The notes beneath the pieces are model-generated. The model was not told the origin of the DNA. It made no database searches and was given only the letters and a program-made list of their open reading frames with translations. Shown piece by piece: positions 29,189 through 39,781 of a stretch of 64,000 nucleotides of DNA. Source of the DNA: Gemmatimonadota bacterium (GTDB lineage: Bacteria; Gemmatimonadota; Gemmatimonadetes; Gemmatimonadales; GWC2-71-9); assembly GCA_036679605.1 (NCBI GenBank), contig JAZDCZ010000289.1, forward strand, positions 76,153-140,152, given 5' to 3'. The position numbers were made by a program, and so were the translations under genes. Within the stretch, counting starts at the first letter, position 1; each line of letters starts with the position of its first letter.

Positions 29189-30718
29189 TCAGTTTGGATT
29201 CTGTAGAATGTGAATCGATCGAATTCTTGATCCGCGCCCCTCTGATGGAGCTTTTGCGCGCCGTTGTTGTGCGAGAGTGACGGCCCCTGTAATAAGGAAA
29301 CCGGCACCCAGCAAAAAGATGGATCCTGGTGGTACGACGAGCTGATGGACAGTCGTGGTCACGCCTAGCCCGAGAATAGCAAGACCAGTGAAGACCTCTA
29401 GAAGCGCGGTGCCCAACCGCGAGATCCGGTATGATGCACCGAGCCAGGTCTTGTCGCCCGCGTCTGAATGGTGGTACTTGGGCGTTCGGAGGAACGGAGT
29501 GGGGCGGCGCGTCAATCCGCGCACTATGGCAGTCGTTTGACTGAGTGCAAGACCCGCTCCCAGCACCATGATGGCGGGGATAATTCCCAGCTTTTTCCAC
29601 CAACTCCGTGGCCACCGGGCCTTGAGCGGCAGTCCATAGAAAAACGCAAGAGATACCGTAGCGAAGGTCAGAAGAAGGCCGTCGACTAGGAACAGCCAAT
29701 CTCTGTACTGAGGAGCGCCCAGCAAGGCAGCCGAAAGACCTGCGAGCGCCAGAACCACAAAAGCAGCGTAGGAGAGGTGGCCGGTCAGATGCCACAACGC
29801 CTCCAGTTTGACCCGGGGGGGTAACGGCGTTGCCAGGAGGCGTGGCAGAATCTTGAAGGCGCATTCCACACTGCCCTGCGCCCATCGTTGTTGCTGCAGA
29901 CGATATGCCGCCAGCTCGACCGGAAGTTCGGCCGGGGCCGTGACGTCATCCCGATAGACAAACCTCCAACCTGCCATCTGGGCGCGGTAGCTGAGATCCA
30001 CATCCTCTGTCAGCGTGTCGGCATGCCAACCGCCGGATGTCTCGATTGCCACTCGACGCCAAATACCTGCCGTGCCGTTGAAGTTGAAGAAACATCCTGT
30101 AGTTGCCCGCACACCGTGCTCAATTCTGAAATGAGCGTCCAGTTGCAAAGCTTGAACTTCAGTCAGGAGGGACATGTCTCGATTGATGTGTTCCCACCGG
30201 GCCTGAACCATGCCAACTGCGGGATCGTCGAATTCTCCAACCAGCTGTAGCAAGAACTGTTGCGGTGGAACGAAGTCGGCGTCGAATACTGCTATTAGGT
30301 CACCACGCGCTTTGGTAAGTCCATGCGCCAACGCGCCTGCCTTGAATCCCTCACGGGTTTTCCGTCGCAGATGGTGCACGCGGATTCCGTCCGCTCGGAG
30401 CTGCCCTATAGCTTGAGCCACCTTCTTAGGAGTTTCGTCTGTTGAGTCGTCCAACACCTGTATTTCCAGCAACGACGGCGGATAATCGAGTGCGCCTGCC
30501 GCCATAACGGCTCTCGTAGCCACGTAGCGCTCATTGTAGAGAGGTATCTGCACGGTCACGGATGGCAAATGTGTCGGACGGCTCGTCTCTCTCTTGGCTG
30601 CTGGCTCGACATGTCGTATGTAGCGGACCGCTAGGCTGAGTCGGTGGCAACCGTATGCAACCAATATCACGGAAGCCATAAGGTGGAGAGTGAGTAGGAC
30701 CAGGGCCGCTAGCGTCAA
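29189..30718 (-). CDS. membrane glycosyltransferase family 2 (cellulose-synthase-like)
   Basis: VLDDSTD, KAGAL, FDADF, LTED, QQQRW, C-terminal TM helices. Start placed at TTG 30718. Confidence 0.92.
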   Translation of the reverse strand: MTLAALVLLTLHLMASVILVAYGCHRLSLAVRYIRHVEPAAKRETSRPTHLPSVTVQIPLYNERYVATRAVMAAGALDYPPSLLEIQVLDDSTDETPKKVAQAIGQLRADGIRVHHLRRKTREGFKAGALAHGLTKARGDLIAVFDADFVPPQQFLLQLVGEFDDPAVGMVQARWEHINRDMSLLTEVQALQLDAHFRIEHGVRATTGCFFNFNGTAGIWRRVAIETSGGWHADTLTEDVDLSYRAQMAGWRFVYRDDVTAPAELPVELAAYRLQQQRWAQGSVECAFKILPRLLATPLPPRVKLEALWHLTGHLSYAAFVVLALAGLSAALLGAPQYRDWLFLVDGLLLTFATVSLAFFYGLPLKARWPRSWWKKLGIIPAIMVLGAGLALSQTTAIVRGLTRRPTPFLRTPKYHHSDAGDKTWLGASYRISRLGTALLEVFTGLAILGLGVTTTVHQLVVPPGSIFLLGAGFLITGAVTLAQQRRAKAPSEGRGSRIRSIHILQNPN

Positions 30719-30719
30719 G

Positions 30720-31187
30720 TTACAATGCGGGAATGGACAGAGGGGCGGTTGGTTCTCCGCGTGCAATGGCAACGATACCGTCACAACGACCGCAGACAAC
30801 ACCCCGTTCGTCCCGGAGTTCGGCGCTGGCAAAGATGAGCGACCGTCCGGCCCGTGTTGTTTGTCCTTTAACCTCTATCCTGTTGCCGTTAACGGGCTGC
30901 ATAAACTGGATGTTGAGCTGAGCGACGCCCACCCGCTGGCCAATCGCGTGCATGTAACCGGTCAAGCCGATCACGAGGTCAAACAACCCGGCCATTACCC
31001 CACCGTTGACCGCATCTGTACCGAGCCCCCCTCGGTGCTGCGGGAGAATAGGATCGATGACAGCGCACACGATTCCCTCGGTGGAAAGGTCGAGGTGAGC
31101 GCCAAGGCTGCGCAAACCGGGGTGATCGTTCCATTCCGCTTGGAATTTCTCAAGTTGGCCAGGGGAAAGCTCAGAATGCAATGACAT
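30720..31187 (-). CDS. PaaI family hot-dog thioesterase
   Basis: VNGGVMAGLFD, LNIQFMQP, GRSLIF. Confidence 0.85.
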   Translation of the reverse strand: MSLHSELSPGQLEKFQAEWNDHPGLRSLGAHLDLSTEGIVCAVIDPILPQHRGGLGTDAVNGGVMAGLFDLVIGLTGYMHAIGQRVGVAQLNIQFMQPVNGNRIEVKGQTTRAGRSLIFASAELRDERGVVCGRCDGIVAIARGEPTAPLSIPAL

Positions 31188-31447
31188 GATTGGTTCGCAC
31201 AAGCACACTCATGATAGGTAGATACAGATTGAGAACAAGAAAAGCTTCCGTAAAGATCCGTACTAATGAGAAAGTCTTCGCGGAAGATCAGACTGAAAAG
31301 TAACCCAATGGTCAGACTCCCATCACACGCACCCACGGACGGGCCCGGGCTTCCAGCGTTGACGTCCGGCTCTGGACGCCACCCTCTTAACGCTGATACA
31401 TTTGGGACGTCATTCTAAGAGGAACGTAATCCAAAGGTGGGGCGGGA

Positions 31448-32095
31448 ATGAACAGATTGACTGCTATCACGTTGACAGGCCTACTCTTAGCTGGCTGCAG
31501 CGATCAATCCGGTACTGTTGCGCCTGAGGCAGCAGACTTAGGGGCAGCATCCGAGCTGGAGCTGGCCGCGAGCCTGACGTCCGAGGTAGCGCAGGCGACC
31601 CGATCTGATGGTGGACCGGAAAACCTCGTGAGGCGGTTGATCCAGGGCGTACGAGAGAATGGTGACGACCTAGCCCACCGAATGCTGCGACAATCTGCCG
31701 TCCTGCGGGATTCCGCCCGAGCCGAGCTTGAGGCTGGGAATGAAGAGGCGGCGAGGAGGCTAGGACAGCAGTCCTATGGGCTACTTCTCGGAGCCATAGT
31801 GCGCACATTCCCCAATTCACCTGCCCGTGTCGGGAACATCGTTGACGACATTCTGACGCATATGAGGGAGAGATTGGGGGATCGTGAGGCGCCTCGGATT
31901 CGGAAGATCCTCCGGCATGTTGCAGAGCTGCGAAGGCACGCTAACCAGGCTTTGGACGCCGGTCGCCTGAATGCTGCTCTGGGAACGAACTTGACGGCGC
32001 TCAGAGTCTTGCAGCGACTGGTGCACCATGTGACGAACGGTACGGATGACGCCGAAGATAGCGCGCGCGATGCCTTCGGCAGTTTGTCGGGATAG
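31448..32095 (+). CDS. helical lipoprotein, unknown function
   Basis: Lipobox LAGC; SD-like GGCGGG upstream. Confidence 0.75.
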   Translation: MNRLTAITLTGLLLAGCSDQSGTVAPEAADLGAASELELAASLTSEVAQATRSDGGPENLVRRLIQGVRENGDDLAHRMLRQSAVLRDSARAELEAGNEEAARRLGQQSYGLLLGAIVRTFPNSPARVGNIVDDILTHMRERLGDREAPRIRKILRHVAELRRHANQALDAGRLNAALGTNLTALRVLQRLVHHVTNGTDDAEDSARDAFGSLSG

Positions 32096-32220
32096 CAAGC
32101 AACTCCACACAAGACCTTTATGATTTCCCCTCCGGCTGTTAGAGAACGAAGTCGGAGGGGTTTGACATATCCTGTACCCCGTGGCCATGTTCCCCCTCCC
32201 CTTTTCAGGAGGTGTGGCGC

Positions 32221-34314
32221 ATGCGTGTCTATACGGCCGACGCAATCCGGAACGTTGCGGTAGTTGGCCACGGTGCCAGTGGTAAAACCACCCTAGTAGA
32301 CGCCCTATCATTTGTGGCCGGCAGCAGCAAGCGGCACGGTTCCGTTCCCGACGGAACTGCTCTCACTGACTACACTTCAGACGAAATCGAACGGCAGTAC
32401 TCCATCAATTTGGCACTGGCATACGCCGAGTGGCGGGATACCAAAATCAATCTCATCGACGCTCCGGGTTACTTGGATTTTACTGGTGATGCGATGGCGT
32501 CGATCTACGCCGCGGACGCAGCCTTGATGGTTGTGGGTGGGGCGTCTGGAGTTGAGGTGGGCACGGAGAAGGTGTGGGAGTATGCAGCTCAGCGGGAGAT
32601 ACCGCGGATGTTTTTCGTCTCGATGCTGGATAAGGAGCACGCTGATTTCGAGACCGTTTACCGTGACATCAAAGAGCACATTACGGCGAACGTGATTCCA
32701 ATTGAAATACCGGTTGGAGAAGGGCCTGATTTTCATGGAATCGTCAATCTGTTCTCGAAGAAGTGCCACATGTACAAGAAGGGCACCAAGACTGGAGAAT
32801 ACGACGAAGTCGATGTACCCGACGAATTCACCGAGCGCTTCGACCAGTACTCGAAGGAACTAATCGAGACCATCGCGACCACCGACGATGCGCTCTTGGA
32901 GCGCTACTTCGACGGTGAGGAGATCACTCGTGAAGAGGCTATCACGGCGTTGAAGATCGGGATGCTGAAGGGCGAATTGTTCCCACTGCTTTGTGGCTCG
33001 GCACACCTCACATACGGTATGCGCGCGCTGCTTTCCAAGCTGGTTGAGTTGGCACCCTCTCCGAAGGACCGACCGGCGGTCGCTGCAAAGATCTGGGGAT
33101 CAGCAGCCGACATCTCAATAGAGACACGCGATGACGGCCCGTTTGTGGCGCAAGTATTTAAGACGGTCTCCGAGCCTCACGTGGGCGACGTATCGCTTTT
33201 CAGAATTTATTCCGGTAGCATCGGAAATGGGGCCGATGTGTACAACGCTCCGAGGGAGACACAAGAGAAGCTCAATCATCTATCAGTGGCGTTGGGTAGG
33301 GAACGGACCGAGATACCTGAGCTACACGCCGGGGATATTGGCGTCGTGGCCAAGTTGAGGGACACACATACCAACGACACCCTGTCCCTTCGCGGAACTC
33401 CGGTTGCCTTGTCGAAGATCCCGTTTCCTGACCCACTCATAGTGCTGGCGGTTGACGTGACCAAGCGCGGTGAGGAGGACAAGCTGTCAACGGGTCTCCA
33501 AAAACTTCACGACGAAGATCCGACCTTCAACTATGAATACGATAGTGAGCTACGCCAAACTCTGATAAGTGGTCGGGGCGAACGGCATCTGGAGGTCGTG
33601 GTCAAGCGCCTCGAGCGGAAATTCGGAGTGCATGCGGAGCTAAAACGACCACAGGTAGCCTATCGAGAAACCTTCAAGAAAAAAGGGGAAGGACAAGGCA
33701 AGCACAGAAAGCAATCCGGCGGCAGAGGCCAGTATGGAGATTGCTGGATTAGAATAACTCCCATGCCTGGTGGGTCGGGTTACGAATTTGTAAACAAGAT
33801 AGTCGGAGGTGCTATTCCGTCGAAGTATATCCCAGCGGTAGACAAGGGAGTCCAAGAGGCGGCGGTGCGGGGGGTGATTGCCGGAAATCGGGTCGTGGAC
33901 TTCAAAGTGGAATGCTTTGATGGGAGCTACCATAATGTGGATAGCAGCGAGCAATCGTTCAAGATGGCTGGGATACAGGCGTTCAGGACGGTAGCGGCTG
34001 CGTGTAAGCCGGTGATTCTTGAACCGATACACGAGGTAGAGGTGTGGACTCCAGAGGAACATTTGGGCGATGTCATGGGAGATCTGTCGTCCCGCAGAGG
34101 ACAGATTCTCGGGACAGAACCAGATAAACGTCTCACTAGGGTGAAAGCACTGGTTCCAGAGGCGGAAATGTATCGTTACTCCACGCATCTACATTCGATG
34201 ACGCATGGACGAGGCACCTTCCATTGGGAGTTCTCGAGCTATCAGGAAATACCTTCTGACGTGGTGCAGAAAATCATTGCCGAACGGAAGAAAGCAGAGG
34301 AAGCCTCCAAGTAG
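32221..34314 (+). CDS. fusA: elongation factor G paralogue (EF-G2 type)
   Basis: GHGASGKTT, DAPG, GERHL, YRET, KQSGGRGQYG, GSYHNVDSS. Degenerate G motifs and location outside the str operon point to EF-G2. Confidence 0.9.
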   Translation: MRVYTADAIRNVAVVGHGASGKTTLVDALSFVAGSSKRHGSVPDGTALTDYTSDEIERQYSINLALAYAEWRDTKINLIDAPGYLDFTGDAMASIYAADAALMVVGGASGVEVGTEKVWEYAAQREIPRMFFVSMLDKEHADFETVYRDIKEHITANVIPIEIPVGEGPDFHGIVNLFSKKCHMYKKGTKTGEYDEVDVPDEFTERFDQYSKELIETIATTDDALLERYFDGEEITREEAITALKIGMLKGELFPLLCGSAHLTYGMRALLSKLVELAPSPKDRPAVAAKIWGSAADISIETRDDGPFVAQVFKTVSEPHVGDVSLFRIYSGSIGNGADVYNAPRETQEKLNHLSVALGRERTEIPELHAGDIGVVAKLRDTHTNDTLSLRGTPVALSKIPFPDPLIVLAVDVTKRGEEDKLSTGLQKLHDEDPTFNYEYDSELRQTLISGRGERHLEVVVKRLERKFGVHAELKRPQVAYRETFKKKGEGQGKHRKQSGGRGQYGDCWIRITPMPGGSGYEFVNKIVGGAIPSKYIPAVDKGVQEAAVRGVIAGNRVVDFKVECFDGSYHNVDSSEQSFKMAGIQAFRTVAAACKPVILEPIHEVEVWTPEEHLGDVMGDLSSRRGQILGTEPDKRLTRVKALVPEAEMYRYSTHLHSMTHGRGTFHWEFSSYQEIPSDVVQKIIAERKKAEEASK

Positions 34315-34330
34315 ACCCACAGATTGACCG

Positions 34331-34822
34331 CTACTCGTCGATTCGCTCGTAGAGCCGGAAGCTATACGGGTACCGATGTTTGTCGTCGGGCTCGTGACGA
34401 TTGTCGTGCGCAAGCGTCCAGCAGGATGGATCGATTTCGGGAAAGAACGTGTCCCCATCGAACTCGGAATGTACCAACGTCAGGTATATGCGGTCGGCGA
34501 GAGGTAACGCTATCCGATAGATATCTCCACCACCAACTACGAAAACCTCTTCTTCTTCTGCAGTTAGTTGAAATGCCTGTTCAAGGCTGGTACTCGTTTC
34601 CACTCCTTTGCATTCATAATGAGCGTTTCGGGTCACGACAATGGTTCTTCGGTCTGGGAGTGCTCGTCCGACAGAATCGAGCGTCTTGCGTCCCATGAGA
34701 ATTGTGTGACCGGTGGTGAGTTGTTTGAAGTACTTGAGGTCCGCAGGAAGGTGCCATGGCAGAGCCCCATCCTTACCGATGACTCTGTTTTCTGACATGG
34801 CTGCAACCAATGAGACGATTAT
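34331..34822 (-). CDS. folA: dihydrofolate reductase
   Basis: [36 protein letters not shown]. Homology extends to ATA at 34822, upstream of the ORF-track TTG at 34810. Confidence 0.95.
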   Translation of the reverse strand: MIVSLVAAMSENRVIGKDGALPWHLPADLKYFKQLTTGHTILMGRKTLDSVGRALPDRRTIVVTRNAHYECKGVETSTSLEQAFQLTAEEEEVFVVGGGDIYRIALPLADRIYLTLVHSEFDGDTFFPEIDPSCWTLAHDNRHEPDDKHRYPYSFRLYERIDE

Positions 34823-35616
34823 ATGGCCACCTTGGCGGGGATGTGGGGATGAGGGTCGTAACCTACCAACTCAAAATCCTCGAACTGGAAATCGAATATC
34901 GATTTTGAATCTCCCCCCTTGAGATTCATGGTTGGTAATCGCCTGGGCTCGCGGTCGAGCTGCAGCCTGGCTTGCTCCAGGTGGTTCAAGTACAGATGAG
35001 TGTCTCCCAGTACGTGAATGAATTCACCCGGCTGCAGATTGGTTACCTGTGCCAACATGAGGGTGAGCAGTGAGTATGATGCGATATTAAAGGGCACTCC
35101 AAGAAACAGGTCGGCGCTGCGCTGATAAAGTTGACACGAAAGTTTGTCGTCCCGTACGTAGAATTGAAACAGGGTATGGCAGGGAGGCAATGCCATATCC
35201 GGAATTTGCGCCACGTTCCAAGCGCTGACGATAAGGCGGCGTGAATCCGGCCGTTCACGAATCTGCTCTACAACTTGTTGAATCTGGTCGACATGTCGGC
35301 CTTCTTGTGTCGGCCAAGATCGCCATTGATAGCCGTATATCGGACCCAAATCTCCGTTTTCATCAGCCCACTCATCCCAGATCTTGACACCGTGATCGTT
35401 GAGGTACTGAACGTTGGTGTCACCGCTGAGAAACCAGAGAAGCTCGTAGATGATGGATCGAATGTGAAGCTTCTTGGTTGTGAGCAAGGGGAAGCCAGCG
35501 GCTAGGTCGAACCGTATCTGGTTGCCGAAGGTACTTATTGTCCCGGTGCCCGTACGGTCCTGCTTGGAACCGCCGTTGTCGAGCACGTGCCGCACCAGTT
35601 CGAGGTACTGCCTCAT
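34819..35616 (-). CDS. thyA: thymidylate synthase
   Basis: [41 protein letters not shown]. Confidence 0.98.
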   Translation of the reverse strand: MRQYLELVRHVLDNGGSKQDRTGTGTISTFGNQIRFDLAAGFPLLTTKKLHIRSIIYELLWFLSGDTNVQYLNDHGVKIWDEWADENGDLGPIYGYQWRSWPTQEGRHVDQIQQVVEQIRERPDSRRLIVSAWNVAQIPDMALPPCHTLFQFYVRDDKLSCQLYQRSADLFLGVPFNIASYSLLTLMLAQVTNLQPGEFIHVLGDTHLYLNHLEQARLQLDREPRRLPTMNLKGGDSKSIFDFQFEDFELVGYDPHPHIPAKVAI

Positions 35617-35691
35617 GCAGCGCCGCCGTGCATACACCGACCCCGATAACTCTCTTGTTCTTGCAGTGCCATTGGATCCTCACACTGTACG

Positions 35692-36144
35692 TCAAAAACT
35701 CGATCGCAAAGCATCTAGAACTCGCAGGAGAATCGCCTGGGCTGGATGGTCCGATGGCACAGCCGCCTCTTTCTCCCGCATTGGCAATGACGGATCTACC
35801 GAAACGCGGTTTGTTGCTTCACCGACAACTGAGGTTACTCCATCTCGTACTGCGTCAGCCCAGAATCGGAGGCGGACCAATCCCTCGGTATCCATGCTGT
35901 TGCCATCACCGCCGGCAAGGGTGGTTGCATTGAACCATTCTGTCTCAACGAAACCTTCTCTCGGGCTGGTGACATGCAGTTCAAGTCCCTCGGCAATGAG
36001 CAATTCATTGAGTCGTCCGATCGCGCTATCGGGCGCCGTCTGTAGCGTATCGACCTGCGCCTCTGGAAACGGCGCATAAAATGGCCGGACATCTGCGGCA
36101 CCGCAGGCGGCAGCGACCGCTGCGGCGAGACAGTTAATGCTCGT
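35692..36144 (-). CDS. probable lipoprotein, unknown function (non-canonical start likely)
   Basis: Frame stays open upstream of TTG 36003 and encodes SINCLAAAVAAAC-GAADVRPFY, a lipobox-like signal; contains GFVETEWF. Confidence 0.6.
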   Translation of the reverse strand, partial: TSINCLAAAVAAACGAADVRPFYAPFPEAQVDTLQTAPDSAIGRLNELLIAEGLELHVTSPREGFVETEWFNATTLAGGDGNSMDTEGLVRLRFWADAVRDGVTSVVGEATNRVSVDPSLPMREKEAAVPSDHPAQAILLRVLDALRSSF

Positions 36145-36727
36145 GCGAAGGTGTGCCGGGCGAATGAGAGTGCTCTCCGTTGCCGGTTGAGTCTGCGGTG
36201 ACGGATTCTACCGGTTCGTCTTCATTGTCGTGCTCCTCACCAGGATCGTGAGTGTGACCTGTCGCACGTTCTGCCAACGCAGCGTCCAGAACATCGGTTG
36301 GAACACCGCCACCGTGCCGAAAGACGATAGTCCCGCCCACGTGGGCGGTCCAGAAGAGCAGGAGTGAGCCGAGCACGAGCGCGCCAATGTATGCCGGCCT
36401 TTCGCGCGAACCCATTCCCCTCCTTCGCAAGACTCGCCAGGCGGCAAGCAACCCGAAAACTACGGTGACCGTTATCGCCAGGGTTTCGTGGCGCTCCAAT
36501 ACCAAGTGAACGGTGCCGCCGTGCTCAATAGTGTCTTCTGCGCGCAACCCGGAAATAAGCGCTAGAAGCGCCCCGCCGGCACCGGCAACCAGTGTCCAAA
36601 AGCCGGCTGCTCTGAGGGAATCCCGTTTCGTGAGGTTACCTGCGACCTCAAAGAACAGGGAGAAGATGAGCAGAACGACGGGCAGGTCGTTCAGGGCGGC
36701 GTGCAGTTCTGCCGGTGTCTGCCACAT
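36134..36727 (-). CDS. DUF2231-like membrane protein with His-rich tail
   Basis: LHAAL..LP, four TM helices, HVGG.IVF.HG.GV, tail HTHDPGEEH...HSH...HEH. Confidence 0.75.
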   Translation of the reverse strand: MWQTPAELHAALNDLPVVLLIFSLFFEVAGNLTKRDSLRAAGFWTLVAGAGGALLALISGLRAEDTIEHGGTVHLVLERHETLAITVTVVFGLLAAWRVLRRRGMGSRERPAYIGALVLGSLLLFWTAHVGGTIVFRHGGGVPTDVLDAALAERATGHTHDPGEEHDNEDEPVESVTADSTGNGEHSHSPGTPSHEH

Positions 36728-36729
36728 TA

Positions 36730-37617
36730 TCAGAGTCCCAGCTCCGTCACCGCGGGAGGACTGGTAGAGTAGTCGTAGAAGCCTTTACCGGATTTCTTAC
36801 CATGCATTCCTGCCAATACCATCCGCTTCAACAAGGGAGCTGGAGCGTATCGTGCATCGCGATATTCGTCGAACATGATCTCAGCGATCTTGTATGTAGT
36901 GTCTAGGCCAACGAAATCTAGCAGCGTAAACGGGCCCATCGGGTGGCCGGTTCCCAGCACCATGCCCTTGTCGATATCGGGCACGGAGCCTACTCCGTGT
37001 TCTAGTGCCCGAATTGCGTCGAGCAGGTAGGGAACCAGCAGGAGATTTACGATAAACCCCGAGTTGTCCTTCGCGGCGATCGGCTGCTTCTTGAGCGAAC
37101 CTGCGAACTGCATCGCGCGCTCCATAGTTTCTGAACTCGTCGTCACGGTGCGCACGACTTCTACTAACTTCATTAGCGGTACTGGATTGAAGAAATGCAA
37201 GCCGACGAAGCGATCACCTCTTTGAGTTGCCGCCGCCATGGCCGCAATGGTCAGGCTCGAAGTGTTGGAGGCGAAGATAGTATCCGATCCGCAGAGACCA
37301 TCTAGTTCCTTCCAGAGAGCGTTCTTGATTTCTAGATCTTCAGTGACCGCTTCGATGACGATGTCTGCAATGCTGAGGTCGCCAGTGTTCGTCGTAAACG
37401 AGAGTCGGTCGAGGGTCGCAGCCTTTTCGTCTTCTGTTAGTTTCCCTTTTGCCACGAATTTGTCGAGCGACTTAACGACTGCGGCCTTCCCTTTTGCGTT
37501 CAGTTCGTCGCTGATTTCGCGTACGATGGTTCGGTATCCATTCTGGGCCGCCACTTGAGCGATTCCCCGTCCCATCAGGCCACAGCCCAACACGCCCACA
37601 GTTTTTATCTCAGTCAT
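36730..37617 (-). CDS. 3-hydroxybutyryl/3-hydroxyacyl-CoA dehydrogenase
   Basis: GCGLMGRGIA, ASNTSSL, GLHFFNPVP, HPMGPF. Confidence 0.95.
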   Translation of the reverse strand: MTEIKTVGVLGCGLMGRGIAQVAAQNGYRTIVREISDELNAKGKAAVVKSLDKFVAKGKLTEDEKAATLDRLSFTTNTGDLSIADIVIEAVTEDLEIKNALWKELDGLCGSDTIFASNTSSLTIAAMAAATQRGDRFVGLHFFNPVPLMKLVEVVRTVTTSSETMERAMQFAGSLKKQPIAAKDNSGFIVNLLLVPYLLDAIRALEHGVGSVPDIDKGMVLGTGHPMGPFTLLDFVGLDTTYKIAEIMFDEYRDARYAPAPLLKRMVLAGMHGKKSGKGFYDYSTSPPAVTELGL

Positions 37618-37641
37618 ATTTTCGTATCCAACTGTTTGAGT

Positions 37642-38481
37642 TCATCGGTTTATGCCACCGAGATTCTTCCGGATCTCGTCAGCTATCCGTCCCACTGCAC
37701 TTGCGGTCGACTTGCTTGGCCGCCGCTTTGGCTCTAGTTCACCATGCTCCAGCCGATCAAGGACCTGCTCCAACGCCACACGCAGTTTGTCGACATGGGA
37801 GTGTCTGCTCCGCGCTATTGCCACGGAACCTGCCGGGCCCAGTAACGCCGGCACAATCGCGACCGGCACCATCACGCCCAGCACCAAAGCTATCCCTGCT
37901 GCTGCGACGCAGCCCGCCAGTAACATTCCGCTGCCCAAAAGATACTCGTTGAACGTGTTAGAAATATCTGCGGTCAGTTCAACGTAGCATTCTCGTTCAT
38001 CGACCTCCATGATTCGGTCGCCCACTTCTCGTGTCCGAGCCAGCAGATACTTCTTTCCGCTGAAACCAAGTGAGCGCTGAAGCGATGCAAACGTTCCTTC
38101 CTTCCTCTCCCACGACGTTCGGTCAGGGAGCCTGCGTTTGATCTGGAGCAACTCGCCTTCGGAGAGCCACTTGTGAAGGGCTGCTGTCAAGGCCTCCGGC
38201 CGACCCGCAACTGTCCGCTGCGCAGTGATCCTACGAGGACCTATCAACCACCCGAGCCGAGAAGTACTTCCCTTAACCAACGCTCGGCCTCTCTCCTCCT
38301 GGAGAGCCTTACGAAGATGAGACGCAGAAATACCGACATCATCGCCGAGCTGCATCAACTCGGCCTCGGTCAGATACTCTCCTATCTCCCGGTCCTTTGT
38401 CTGCAACTCCGCGGCGCGTTGTATGATTCGCTCCAACGCATCTCGGTCGATGCGATCGCCCGATCGTACTATGTCGTTCAT
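37642..38481 (-). CDS. membrane-anchored hypothetical protein
   Basis: ERIIQRAAELQ N-terminal motif, two TM segments; in operon context. Confidence 0.8.
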   Translation of the reverse strand: MNDIVRSGDRIDRDALERIIQRAAELQTKDREIGEYLTEAELMQLGDDVGISASHLRKALQEERGRALVKGSTSRLGWLIGPRRITAQRTVAGRPEALTAALHKWLSEGELLQIKRRLPDRTSWERKEGTFASLQRSLGFSGKKYLLARTREVGDRIMEVDERECYVELTADISNTFNEYLLGSGMLLAGCVAAAGIALVLGVMVPVAIVPALLGPAGSVAIARSRHSHVDKLRVALEQVLDRLEHGELEPKRRPSKSTASAVGRIADEIRKNLGGINR

Positions 38482-38493
38482 TGCGTCCGTCAG

Positions 38494-39714
38494 CTAGAAT
38501 GCCTCTACTATGACCGCTGCGCCCTGTCCTCCCCCAATGCAAGCAGAACCGAGACCGAATCGCTTGTTTGCCCGCCGTAGTGCGTGCAGTAAGTGGATGG
38601 TGATTCTCGTCCCGCTTGCGGCGAGCGGGTGCCCAATGGCAATGGCTCCTCCATGGACGTTCGTACGTTCACGATCTAGGCCCAATTCCTTTTCGACCGC
38701 GACGTACTGCGGCGCAAACGCCTCGTTGACCTCTATCAAATCCAAGTCCTCGATCGTCATCCCAGCAGTTTCGAGAGCCTTGCGGGCTGCCGGTGCAGGT
38801 CCGAGTCCCATGTACTTCGGTTCGACCCCCGCGATTGCCCAGGCAACGAGACGTCCCAAAGGAGCGATGTTGTGCTCTGTCGCGAATTCCTCGCTCGCTA
38901 TTATGGTAGCTGCTGCTCCATCGCAGATTCCGGACGCGTTGCCTGCCGTGACTAGGCCATCCTTCTTGAAGTAAGGTTTGAGCGATTGCAGTCCGTCCAG
39001 CGTCGTTTCGGGCCTCATGTGCTCGTCTGCACCCCAATCAACCATCTGTCGCGTCTTGCGGTCCTTAATCTGGACCGGCACGATTTCGTTCTCAAATACG
39101 CCCTCGTCCCATGCCCGTTTGGCGCGACGCTGGCTGGTGACTGCGTACTGATCCACTTCTTCCCTCGTGATTTCATATTTCTCTGCCAGATTCTCCGCCG
39201 TTTCGGCCATCGAAAAGCCGCACTGCGGATCAGTCAGGGCCTCCCACAGACTGTCCTCGAACTGAGCCGCCGGTCCGAGTCGCAGTCCCCAGCGAGCGCC
39301 GCGGACCACGTGGGGCGCTTGGCTCATCGACTCGGTTCCGCCCGCTAGAACTACGCTCGCTTCATCCAATAGGATTTGGCGGGCACCTTGAATTATCGAT
39401 TCGAAGCCCGAGCCGCAAAGACGGTTCACTGTCACTGCTGGAGTTTCGATCGGCAGTCCTGCGTTCAGGCCGACATGACGTGCCAGATAGATAGCGTCGG
39501 CAGACGTCTGCTGAGCGTTCCCAAACACCACATGATTTACTTGTGCGGCCTCCACGCCGGCTCGTTCCACAGCGTGTCGGGCCGCGACGACTCCGAGCTG
39601 AGTCGCCGAAAAGTCCTTGAGTGTGCCACCGAATTTGCCGAAGCCGGTGCGCACACCGGACAGAAATACAATGTCTTTATTCTTACCCTGGGTCTTCATG
39701 GGATGGTTCTCCAC
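38494..39714 (-). CDS. acetyl-CoA C-acyltransferase (thiolase)
   Basis: NRLCGSG, TAGNASG, NEAFA, GHPLAASG, ACIGGGQG. Confidence 0.96.
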   Translation of the reverse strand: MENHPMKTQGKNKDIVFLSGVRTGFGKFGGTLKDFSATQLGVVAARHAVERAGVEAAQVNHVVFGNAQQTSADAIYLARHVGLNAGLPIETPAVTVNRLCGSGFESIIQGARQILLDEASVVLAGGTESMSQAPHVVRGARWGLRLGPAAQFEDSLWEALTDPQCGFSMAETAENLAEKYEITREEVDQYAVTSQRRAKRAWDEGVFENEIVPVQIKDRKTRQMVDWGADEHMRPETTLDGLQSLKPYFKKDGLVTAGNASGICDGAAATIIASEEFATEHNIAPLGRLVAWAIAGVEPKYMGLGPAPAARKALETAGMTIEDLDLIEVNEAFAPQYVAVEKELGLDRERTNVHGGAIAIGHPLAASGTRITIHLLHALRRANKRFGLGSACIGGGQGAAVIVEAF

Positions 39715-39781
39715 AATCAGTTAAAAAATATTGGCATAGCAATATCACTGATTGGAGAATGTAGGGGCAACTCCCCGGTCT

